Part shown: one piece after another, positions 53,001 to 60,463 of the stretch
Position numbering within the stretch: the stretch's first letter is position 1
Layout: each line of letters begins with the position of its first letter
Assembly: GCA_963776275.1 (NCBI GenBank)
Contig: CAVZMI010000014.1
Span: forward strand, 115,083 to 179,082
Direction of reading: 5' to 3'
Source: Ignavibacteriota bacterium
GTDB taxonomy: Bacteria; Bacteroidota; Ignavibacteria; UBA10030; CAVZMI01
DNA: 64,000 nucleotides
The notes under the pieces: model-generated
The model's input: the letters and a program-made list of their open reading frames with translations, nothing else
What the model was told of the DNA's origin: nothing
Databases searched by the model: none
Program-made: the position numbers and the translations under genes

Positions 53001-53633
53001 TTGACGACAATAATTGCTCTGCCGCCAGTACCGGTATTGCTGGCACCGACAGATGCTTCGACAGGTATTGCCACCACACCGACTCTGAGCTGGAATACAT
53101 CCCAAGGAGCAACGACATATCGTCTGCAAGTGTCAACAGATGCAGGCTTCATACTTTTAGTATTCGACGACTCGACGATTACAACAACCTCTAGGCAAAT
53201 AGGATCACTGGATAACAACAAAACATATCATTGGCGAGTAAGGGCGAAAAATTCTATAGGGCATAGTGAGTTTTCAGGTTATTGGAGTTTTACTACCACG
53301 TCGACATCTATCGATCGCGTTGGCAACGATATACCCACGGAGTACGGGCTTGGTCAGAACTATCCGAACCCATTCAATCCATCGACAACTATCATAATCG
53401 GACTTCCGGAAGAAGCAGTTATTACACTTGAGATTTACGATATGTCGGGAAGAAAAGTCAGAACGCTGCTGGATGCAGATAGACCGGCGGGATATTATCA
53501 TTCTGTTTGGGATGCGAGGGATGATATGGGAAGAGAAGTTTCCAGTGGAATATACATCTATAGATTCAATGCTGTGCCGGTAAGAGATGGGAAACCATTC
53601 ATCAAATCCGGTAAGCTGGTGTTGGCAAAATAA
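50079..53633 (+). CDS. Secreted zinc metallopeptidase (M30/hyicolysin-like) with six FN3 domains and a FlgD/T9SS-type CTD
   Basis: FGDPPDVDSDPRIIILVLDI, TTAHEFQHMIH (HEXXH), FINESCS; six LSWN..GAT.YQLQVS..YYWRVRAKN repeats; QNYPNPFNP..WDARDD.GREVSSGIY. Confidence 0.82.
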   Translation: MSVKIPDASLMARQKRVHRKINVIITQAFIFFISLLQITNAQSSDISKGTSQRPSNLTPIPGCMVLHDEEIRIREYVKAHPEILKSESLQKRAVWGFSVGNAHSWWARNFVTNLEYSVPSTCRAVGTHAYIFVEDSLWVHGKANQAAVDSIRNAFDLRTPANSSKGVYQTDVDTFGDPPDVDSDPRIIILVLDIKDGYTGPTESYVSGYFSTLNEYPEGSFPGHHSNYAEIYYVDGDPQNLMVQWGLTYAMSTTAHEFQHMIHWNHDPDEMTFINESCSTGAEIICGYPYDWQELYTDNTDIWLLGWNYSDVMPEYSRATRWGLYLWNQFPNDYLKLLVANTAHGISGMNNALAAYTPATSRRFNDVFQDWTVANSLNDVSVDSRFGYTYAGSLTKPTGTAVSSSSYNSGTVTVNKIAADYYTFSTGSNLTATFTSSASALLVRAIEVGAASKRVVAVPLNSAWNEPAFGSTYTTITFAVANDSNSASASYSLVSSYTGLEPPSAPILLSPDSGAVNISITQTLSWNASSGATAYQLQVSKSAVFSTLVFDDSTIALTTKQVGPLGSDTMYYWRVRAKNAYGWGGYSSIWNFTTATPPLPPELLAPLDVSADISLTPTLSWNPSAGAATYQLQVSKGSAFITMVFDDTTIVTTSRLVGPLEHNTAYFWRVRAKNIGGWGGYSPGFNFTTLPVIPPVPVLLAPTDTSTGIAITPTLSWNTSSGATAYQLQVSKNAGFSTTVFDDSTVASTSKQVGPLGNDTLYYWRVRAKNTAGWSDYSTTWRFTTIIAPPPVPVLLAPTDASTGIATTPTLSWNTSSGATAYQLQVSKNAGFSTTVFDDSTIAATSKQVGPLGNDTLYYWRVRAKNTAGWSDYSTTWSLTTIIALPPVPVLLTPADVSTGIATTPTLSWNASSGATAYQLQVSKNAGFSTTVFDDSTIAATSRQVGPLGNDTLYYWRVRAKNAAGWSDFSTIWSLTTIIALPPVPVLLAPTDASTGIATTPTLSWNTSQGATTYRLQVSTDAGFILLVFDDSTITTTSRQIGSLDNNKTYHWRVRAKNSIGHSEFSGYWSFTTTSTSIDRVGNDIPTEYGLGQNYPNPFNPSTTIIIGLPEEAVITLEIYDMSGRKVRTLLDADRPAGYYHSVWDARDDMGREVSSGIYIYRFNAVPVRDGKPFIKSGKLVLAK
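52155..53300 (+). repeat. Intragenic tandem repeat with 288-bp period (FN3 units 3-6)
   Basis: CC(A/G)GT(T/A)CC(A/G)GT(G/A)TTG unit starts at 52161, 52449, 52737 and 53025; units 3-5 are near-identical. Confidence 0.9.
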
Positions 53634-53658
53634 CATTGATCAGTCTTTGTGAACGTAC

Positions 53659-53690
53659 AAAAAGTCCCCGGCATATACCGGGGATTTTTT
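53659..53690. terminator. Bidirectional intrinsic terminator
   Basis: AAAAAG-TCCCCGG-CATATA-CCGGGGA-TTTTTT between convergent genes. Confidence 0.85.
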
Positions 53691-53712
53691 ATAGATAGAT
53701 GAATAGCCGGCG

Positions 53713-56700
53713 TTATTTTTTCAACACTGTGATTTTTGGTTTTAATTTCTCCGATAAGGGCGGGAATGTTTCATTCAGCGATTTGATGAGATCAATACCG
53801 GCGGTATTTTCGGATTGTGAAATGCGACGTAATTGATCAATGACCTTTTTAATTTGATGTACTCCATCGCTCACCTGTCGGAGCAGCTGGGGCGAATTTT
53901 TCGCTAGAATATCGAAGTTCGCATTTTTCAGGACGTTTGCAAGAGTTGTCAATGGCGTATCGATTTCATCTGCGATGCCTGTCGTGAGCCGGCTGACGGC
54001 CGCGAGGTTTTCTTCCCTGATGGCTTTCCCCTGCATTTCCTGGAGATCGGCAAGCATTTGTTCGAGCTCGATATTCCTTCTCTTCAATTTTTCTTCGAAC
54101 GTCCGCCGCTCCTCTTCCAGCCGCTGCTGTTCTGTCATATCGCGTAGAACACCATCGATGCGGACAAGTCGATTCCCTTCATAGAGCGCAATCCAGCGAT
54201 TTTCGATAAATTTCAATGAGCCATCTTTGCATCTCCACCAGGTTGTTTGGTGGGTAGACACATCAAGAGAACTCGCTTTGGTTGGATTGTCGATTTCTTC
54301 CCTCAATGGAGCGAATACTTGATCTGGAGTCACAATGGAGAAAAATTCACGGAGTCCACCCATCTGTTGAATGTTCTCTATAGTATAACCGAATGTTTGC
54401 TTGAATACCGGACTGAGATATCGGAATTCTTTTTTATCTTCGCCGATACTGTACAAAACCTCGTCGATACGGCTGGCCATTCTCTGAAAATTTTCTTCCG
54501 ATTGGTGAAGTTCTTCATCCGCCTTTTTCCGTTCAGTGATGTCTCGCATGATGCCGTCGGTGCTGACAAGACGGCCCTCCTGAAAGACCGGGATCCAATG
54601 GTCTTCAAGGCACTTCACCGTGCCGTCTTTACATCTCCACCAGGCTTCGTAATAATCTGCACCGCCGCTCCGTTGATGAGATGTGATATCGCCGACGATC
54701 TGATCCTGCCTCATATATTTTTCTTCAAGAATAATCTTCGAGAGAAACGAACGGCGGCCTCCCATCATTCTAATGTCATCCTCCGTGTAACCGAGAATAC
54801 GTTCGAATGCCGGACTCAGATAGCGATATTCCATTGTTTCGGCATCGACGCTGTAGATTATATCTTCGATATTGCTGGCCATTCGTTTAAAATTTTCTTC
54901 CGACCTTCTGAGTTTATCTTCTGCAAGTTTTCTTTTTGTGATGTTGCGGCCGTTGCCGACCAGCCCTATGATTTTTCCTTGAGAATCTCGAAGCGGGATT
55001 TTTGTTGTTATGTTCCATTTCATTTCACCCGAAGATTCAATAATAAGCCCTTCCTTATCAATCAACGGTCGGCCTGTACGGAATATTTCCTGTTCATCGG
55101 CAAAATACTCCTCGGCAGCTTCCGGAAGATGAAAGTCGAAGTCGGTCTTTCCGTAGATTTCTTCCATTGTCTTCTTCCCTAAGCTTTGTATAAGAGCTGT
55201 GTTCCCGAGAATGAACCGGCTTTCTGTGTCCTTGACATAGATATAATCGGGGATAAGATCGATCAATGTTCGCAGTAAATTGTGTTCATGCTCTAACGCT
55301 TCCTCAACACGTTTGAGTTCGGTGATATCCTGAACGATCGTTCGGATACCCGTTATCTTTCCGTCGGCATCCCGGAGAAGTCGATCCTCGAGAAGGATGG
55401 GTAGCTCTGATCCGTCTTTCCGCTGGAGAACACGCGCGACACCCTGACTTGGCGGTATCGTGCCGACTAATTTTGCCAACGTTCTTTGGTTTGACTGTTC
55501 TTCATCGGCAGCGAATTTCCACACATATTGGCCAATCATTTCCTCGGCGGTATATCCCAACATCTTCAGTTCGGTTTCGTTGACACGGGTGATGCGTCCT
55601 TCTACATCCAATTCATGGTACCCTACCGGGGCTTCATCAAACAATTCCCTGTACCTTTTTTCGCTTTCCTGCAATATTTCTTCGGCTTGTTTGTGTTTGG
55701 TGATGTCGCGGCCAATGCCTACCAGACCAACTATCTGGTCTTTTTGATCCCGTAACGGTAGTTTGGAAGTAAGCAGCCAGCGTTTCTGACCTTTCTCATC
55801 AAGCACATATTCTTCTCTGTTGAGCACTGGCTGGCCACTTTGTATCACCGATTGGTCGTCATTTAAGAATCCCTCTGCCAATTCTTTCGGAAATAATTCA
55901 AAATCGTCTTTTCCTAAGACTTCGGATTCTGATTCAAGACCCATATTACGGGCATCAGCCAGGTTGGCGAGTGTTTTGCGGCACGCTTTATCCTTTGCAT
56001 AGATTGCGTCGGGCAGGTTATCGATGACGGTGCGAAGCAATATTCGCTCGTTCCGGAGTGCTTCCTCAATCCGCATCCGATCGGTGATATCATGATCCAA
56101 TCCGATGGTGATAATTTTTCCTTCGATATTGATCGGTACCGCACTGTATTCGACGATATTTTCTTTGCCGTCAGGACGAATCCAGGAGAAAATTCCTTTA
56201 AAGTTTTTACCTTCACGGAGCATTCCTGATTGTAGATCTCCAATTGCATCCAACCAACCATATTCGCTTGCTTCTGAATCAATGGCTTTCTGAAGTGGAA
56301 GTGTATTTCCGATTTCTAAGAGTTCTTCTTTACTTCGCCCGGCCATCTCAGCGTACCGTCGATTGCATTCCACAAGACGTTGCTTTCTATCTGTTAAGGA
56401 TTCCTCATAAACACTGATACCATCAAAGGCATTATCGAAGATCAAGCGCAATTTTTCTTCCGATTTCCGGAGCTCCTCTTCTGCCAGCTTCCGCTTTGTA
56501 ATATCGCGACCAATTCCTACCAGACCAACGATCTGGCTTTTTTGATCCCGTAACGGTAATTTGGAAGTAAGCAGCCAGCGTTTTTGACCTTTTTCATCGA
56601 TCACGTATTCTTCTTTGTTGATCACCGGCTGGCCGGTTTGGATAACCCGTTGGTCGTCGGCATAGAATCCTTCGGCCAATTCCTTCGGGTAAAACTCAAA

Positions 56701-59202
56701 GTCATCCTTCCCCAGAACTTCAGCCTCAGATTTAGCTTTCATGTCACGAACATCGGATGGATTCGCCAGCGTTTTGCGGCAGGCCAGGTCTTTGGTATAG
56801 ATTGATTCGGGAGCGCTATCGATCAAGGTACGGAGGAGTATTCGTTCGTTCCGGAGTTTTTCTTCTATTTGTACTCGATCGGTGATGTCGCGATCCAAAC
56901 CGATTGTAATAATCTTCCCATCGATTTTGATCGGTACGGCGTTGTACTCGATTATATTTTCCTTGCCATCGGGGCGAATCCACGAGAAAAGTCCTTGATA
57001 GTTTTTTCCTTCACGAAGTAATCCTGAATGTACATCCCCTGCTACATCCCATATAGATTGATCGTTCATTTCTGCATTGATCGATTTCTGAAGAGGGATT
57101 GTATCTCCGATTCTCAGAAGTTCCTCCTTGCTTCTTCCGGCCATCTCCGCATACCTTCGATTGCATTCTACAAGCTTTCGCTTTTTGTCAGTCAAAGACT
57201 CCTCATAAATGCTGATACCATCGAAGGCACTATCCATAATCAGTCGCAGTTTTGCTTCCGATTTGTAGAGTTCCTCTTCTGCAAGCTTCCGCTTTGTGAT
57301 ATCATGGCCGATGCCTGCTAATCCGATAATCTGGCCTTTTTGATCCCGTAGCGGCAGTTTGGAGGTGAGCAGCCAGCGTTTCTGACCGTTTTCGTCAAGC
57401 ACATATTCTTCTCTGTTGATTACAGGTTGGCCGGTCTGGATGACCGATTGGTCATCAGCAAAAAATTTATCTGCAGATTCTTTCGGGTAGAATGCAAAGT
57501 CATCCTTACCTAAGACTTCGGCCTCTGATTTCGCTCCCATATTATGCACATCGGCCGCGTTGGCAAGGGTCTTGCGGCAGGCTGTATCCTTGGTGTAGAT
57601 TAAATCAGGAATGTTATCGATGACGGTGCGGAGCAGTATTCGTTCTTTCAGCAGTGTTTCTTCGGCCTGTTTGTGTCTAGTGATATCGCGCATCGCAATT
57701 ACGAGTTCGATCCCGGCGTCACTTACCATCATACTGATGATAATCTCCGTGCTCATCCACGTCTCGTCAAACCGCCTGAAACGGAATTCAAAAGACCGGC
57801 TTGTATATGTATCGGTTACAATTCGTAGTTCATTCGCAAATCGTGCTCTGTCTTCCGGATGTACGTAGTCGAGGATGGATGTTCCAGGAATAACGGCTGG
57901 ATTGTACCCCATGAGACGGAACGAGTCGGTCACATACTGATATGTCCCTTCGGCATCGAGAATGGCAATATAGTCTTTGACGTTTTCGGAAATAAGGCGC
58001 AATCGTCCTTCATTTTCGCGGAGTCTCGCTTCGTTCATTACCCGGGATGTAATATCGCGGATGATTGCGACGATCGCCTGCTGTCCGTCATATTCGATGA
58101 CATAGGCATTGGAATGGACGTGAATTTCTTTTCCATCTTTTGCAAAATGAACGGACGATATATTTTCATGTTTACCTTCGCGGAGTATGGTCTGGATTAT
58201 TAAATCTCCACGCTCCGGATTCTTTGTGATGGAACGAAGACTCATTGATGTGAATTCTTCCCGTGTATATCCGTATACCTCGCATGCTTTGCGATTTACT
58301 TCCAGAACCTGTTCATCGGCAGGACGCAAAATAATGATTGGATCGTTTGCATACTCAAAGAGCATATGATATTTTGTTTCCGATCGTCGAATCTCTGCCT
58401 CGGCCTTTTTTCGTTCTGAAAGATCGCGTGCAACGCCGACAAGCGCGAAAGGATTCCCTTCGTCGTCGCGCACCGCCGAAGTCCATAACTCAAGGTAAAA
58501 ATCTGTGCCATTTTTATGGCGGTTAAGGATTTCACCGTTCCATCCGTTATTCAATGTTTCGATTGCCATCTGATTTCCGATTTCAGGATCCATGAGGGGC
58601 GATCGGACAATGGTGATGTTCTTTCCGATCAATTCTTCTTCAGAATATCCGTATGTGTTGATGAAAGCCTTATTAACGAAGAGAATTGTATCGTTTAAAT
58701 CGGTGATAGAGACACAATCGGTGGAGCTCATCACTGTCTGTGCAAGAAGTCGCAGTTGTCGCTCGGTTTCTTTCCTGTCGGTGATGTCCTGAGCTATCCA
58801 GAAGACAGAATGGTCGTCGAGCGGCGAGATCGTCGCACGAAACCAGTGCTTCTTATTCCCGTCGCGTACGGTATATTCAAAGCTTGCCGGGGTTTTTCCC
58901 CGGAGTGTCGATTGAATTTTTTCGAGGATCGAATCGATCTGTCCTGACTCAGTCGAGATGATCTGATCAAGTGTCTTTCCAAGAAATGATAGAGGAGATA
59001 TTTTTTGGACTTCAAGATTAGTCTCAAGAACTTTTCGAACGGTCCCCTGATCGTCCACAACAAAAATACAATCGCTTAATGCAGCAAATAATGAGTGTAT
59101 CTCAGAGTCAGCCTGTGAGAGTTCTTCGGATCGAACATCGGGCGATTGATGTGTTTTCCCTGCAGTCATGGTGCCAGAGTCAGTGTTTTTACTTTTTACC
59201 AT
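53713..59202 (-). CDS. Soluble 13-PAS protein with a degenerate HisKA (His to Asp) and no HATPase domain
   Basis: Thirteen PAS/PAC units ending in D(I/L/M)(T/S), then a coiled coil and EENLAAVSRLTTGIADEIDTPL; the stop comes ~85 aa later and is followed directly by a terminator. Start uncertain (59202 or 59169). Confidence 0.85.
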   Translation of the reverse strand: MVKSKNTDSGTMTAGKTHQSPDVRSEELSQADSEIHSLFAALSDCIFVVDDQGTVRKVLETNLEVQKISPLSFLGKTLDQIISTESGQIDSILEKIQSTLRGKTPASFEYTVRDGNKKHWFRATISPLDDHSVFWIAQDITDRKETERQLRLLAQTVMSSTDCVSITDLNDTILFVNKAFINTYGYSEEELIGKNITIVRSPLMDPEIGNQMAIETLNNGWNGEILNRHKNGTDFYLELWTSAVRDDEGNPFALVGVARDLSERKKAEAEIRRSETKYHMLFEYANDPIIILRPADEQVLEVNRKACEVYGYTREEFTSMSLRSITKNPERGDLIIQTILREGKHENISSVHFAKDGKEIHVHSNAYVIEYDGQQAIVAIIRDITSRVMNEARLRENEGRLRLISENVKDYIAILDAEGTYQYVTDSFRLMGYNPAVIPGTSILDYVHPEDRARFANELRIVTDTYTSRSFEFRFRRFDETWMSTEIIISMMVSDAGIELVIAMRDITRHKQAEETLLKERILLRTVIDNIPDLIYTKDTACRKTLANAADVHNMGAKSEAEVLGKDDFAFYPKESADKFFADDQSVIQTGQPVINREEYVLDENGQKRWLLTSKLPLRDQKGQIIGLAGIGHDITKRKLAEEELYKSEAKLRLIMDSAFDGISIYEESLTDKKRKLVECNRRYAEMAGRSKEELLRIGDTIPLQKSINAEMNDQSIWDVAGDVHSGLLREGKNYQGLFSWIRPDGKENIIEYNAVPIKIDGKIITIGLDRDITDRVQIEEKLRNERILLRTLIDSAPESIYTKDLACRKTLANPSDVRDMKAKSEAEVLGKDDFEFYPKELAEGFYADDQRVIQTGQPVINKEEYVIDEKGQKRWLLTSKLPLRDQKSQIVGLVGIGRDITKRKLAEEELRKSEEKLRLIFDNAFDGISVYEESLTDRKQRLVECNRRYAEMAGRSKEELLEIGNTLPLQKAIDSEASEYGWLDAIGDLQSGMLREGKNFKGIFSWIRPDGKENIVEYSAVPINIEGKIITIGLDHDITDRMRIEEALRNERILLRTVIDNLPDAIYAKDKACRKTLANLADARNMGLESESEVLGKDDFELFPKELAEGFLNDDQSVIQSGQPVLNREEYVLDEKGQKRWLLTSKLPLRDQKDQIVGLVGIGRDITKHKQAEEILQESEKRYRELFDEAPVGYHELDVEGRITRVNETELKMLGYTAEEMIGQYVWKFAADEEQSNQRTLAKLVGTIPPSQGVARVLQRKDGSELPILLEDRLLRDADGKITGIRTIVQDITELKRVEEALEHEHNLLRTLIDLIPDYIYVKDTESRFILGNTALIQSLGKKTMEEIYGKTDFDFHLPEAAEEYFADEQEIFRTGRPLIDKEGLIIESSGEMKWNITTKIPLRDSQGKIIGLVGNGRNITKRKLAEDKLRRSEENFKRMASNIEDIIYSVDAETMEYRYLSPAFERILGYTEDDIRMMGGRRSFLSKIILEEKYMRQDQIVGDITSHQRSGGADYYEAWWRCKDGTVKCLEDHWIPVFQEGRLVSTDGIMRDITERKKADEELHQSEENFQRMASRIDEVLYSIGEDKKEFRYLSPVFKQTFGYTIENIQQMGGLREFFSIVTPDQVFAPLREEIDNPTKASSLDVSTHQTTWWRCKDGSLKFIENRWIALYEGNRLVRIDGVLRDMTEQQRLEEERRTFEEKLKRRNIELEQMLADLQEMQGKAIREENLAAVSRLTTGIADEIDTPLTTLANVLKNANFDILAKNSPQLLRQVSDGVHQIKKVIDQLRRISQSENTAGIDLIKSLNETFPPLSEKLKPKITVLKK
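55690..57660 (-). repeat. Intragenic tandem duplication of a two-PAS module with 798-bp period (2.5 copies)
   Basis: AGCCAGCG (within KRWLLTSKLPLRDQK) occurs at 55775, 56573 and 57371. Confidence 0.85.
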
Positions 59203-59585
59203 AAATAATTTACGCAAAACGAATGCCAGCAAAATGGTAAAAAAACCCAAATATTTTAGGCTTTTTTCCAGGATAAACAATAATTATGGCTAATATTAGC
59301 CGTGTGGGGGAAAATTATCAAATATAGTTTGAGAAAAGAAAAAAAGAGAACTATAAAAAGAAATATAGAGTGAAAAGAATAAAAGCACACCCTCTGTATA
59401 TCAGGTTACAGGCTCCTTTTATATTATAAAGCCTAAAGATAACGCTCAAACAGACCGAACATTCATTATAGAACTCGGAGAGATATCCGGTGGGAATTCC
59501 AGAGTACGACTTGATTCCATAGGGTCTTTTTCGTACACTCTCGTACCAAGTCCTATTTTGTGACAAAGCAAAGGAGAATTCGAAC

Positions 59586-59996
59586 TTGTCACCAGACGTG
59601 ACTCCCGATTATACTTTTCTTGTCATCGATGACTCACCTCACCTTCGTGCGCTCATTAGTACGTACATACGCAAGGCAGGCTTCACGAAAATTCTGACTG
59701 CCGCATCTGGAATGGAGGGAGTCGAGCAATACAAGCTCTCACAGCCTGATATTGTTTTTCTTGACGTTGTTATGCCCGAGGTTGACGGTGTGACGACGCT
59801 TCAAGAAATTCGAAGTTACGATGCGAATGCGACGGTGGTGATGACAACATCAGTCTCTTCGCGAGAAACCGTTCTGCAATTGAAAGAAGCTGGTGCATAT
59901 TCCTATCTTCTGAAACCGTTCGAAGAGGCGAAGTTCCGTGAGACCCTTCAACGAACGGTCGCCTACGTAATTGAATTAAAGAAGCTGAGGAAATAA
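59586..59996 (+). CDS. CheY-like single-domain response regulator
   Basis: LVIDDS, VFLDVVMPEVDG (phospho-Asp), VMTTS, LLKPF; AGGAG RBS and TTG start. Confidence 0.9.
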   Translation: MSPDVTPDYTFLVIDDSPHLRALISTYIRKAGFTKILTAASGMEGVEQYKLSQPDIVFLDVVMPEVDGVTTLQEIRSYDANATVVMTTSVSSRETVLQLKEAGAYSYLLKPFEEAKFRETLQRTVAYVIELKKLRK

Positions 59997-60316
59997 TGGA
60001 ATGTCCGAAATGTAAAGTGCCGAACGACAAATTGAGGAAATTTTGTCGAATGTGTGGATCTCCGCTGGGAATTTACTGTGACCGATGCGGAACGGTCAAC
60101 GCAATGGAAGATAAATATTGTGGAACATGTGGATTGGCGTTACTTCCTTCGGCGGTCGATGATATAATAATTGGCGGATCGGAACAGAATATTCCGCGAC
60201 AGTACAAGTCCCACGAAATCGAAGAATTGCTTACTCTTCGTGAAAAAATACAGAAAGAGAAGGAAGTAACGCAGACATATTCACAGGATGATATTGATCT
60301 TCTCTTTTCCGCTTAA
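59996..60316 (+). CDS. Double zinc-ribbon protein with acidic C-terminal helix motifs
   Basis: CPKC..FCRMCG..CDRCG..YCGTCG; C-terminal YSQDDIDLLFSA; TAATG overlap with the regulator stop. Confidence 0.85.
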   Translation: MECPKCKVPNDKLRKFCRMCGSPLGIYCDRCGTVNAMEDKYCGTCGLALLPSAVDDIIIGGSEQNIPRQYKSHEIEELLTLREKIQKEKEVTQTYSQDDIDLLFSA

Positions 60317-60463
60317 GGGACCGCCACGCCTCAATCTACCGATGACGGCTGGCGGGGATAAGCTCGACAGCCGTCTCTTGTGCTGAAAGCACAAGAGACG
60401 AGCCTCGACACAGTCGGGAGTTCGTCGAAGTCTGACGACCTTTGGCTTACACTAAACGACGAT

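Noticed and set aside
52155-53300. Possible DGR template/variable repeat pair
   Set aside because: The repeats are in-frame tandem FN3 domains with mostly synonymous differences, not adenine-specific changes, and there is no reverse transcriptase.
54247-55182. 311-aa plus-strand ORF and other long antisense ORFs (e.g. 50241..50957, 34186..34806)
   Set aside because: They lie opposite well-supported genes and show no protein-family features.
59350-59580. Possible riboswitch upstream of the CheY-like gene (GAGTACGA..TCGTAC pairings)
   Set aside because: Only short alternative stems; I could not match c-di-GMP or other riboswitch consensus features. An Rfam search would be needed.
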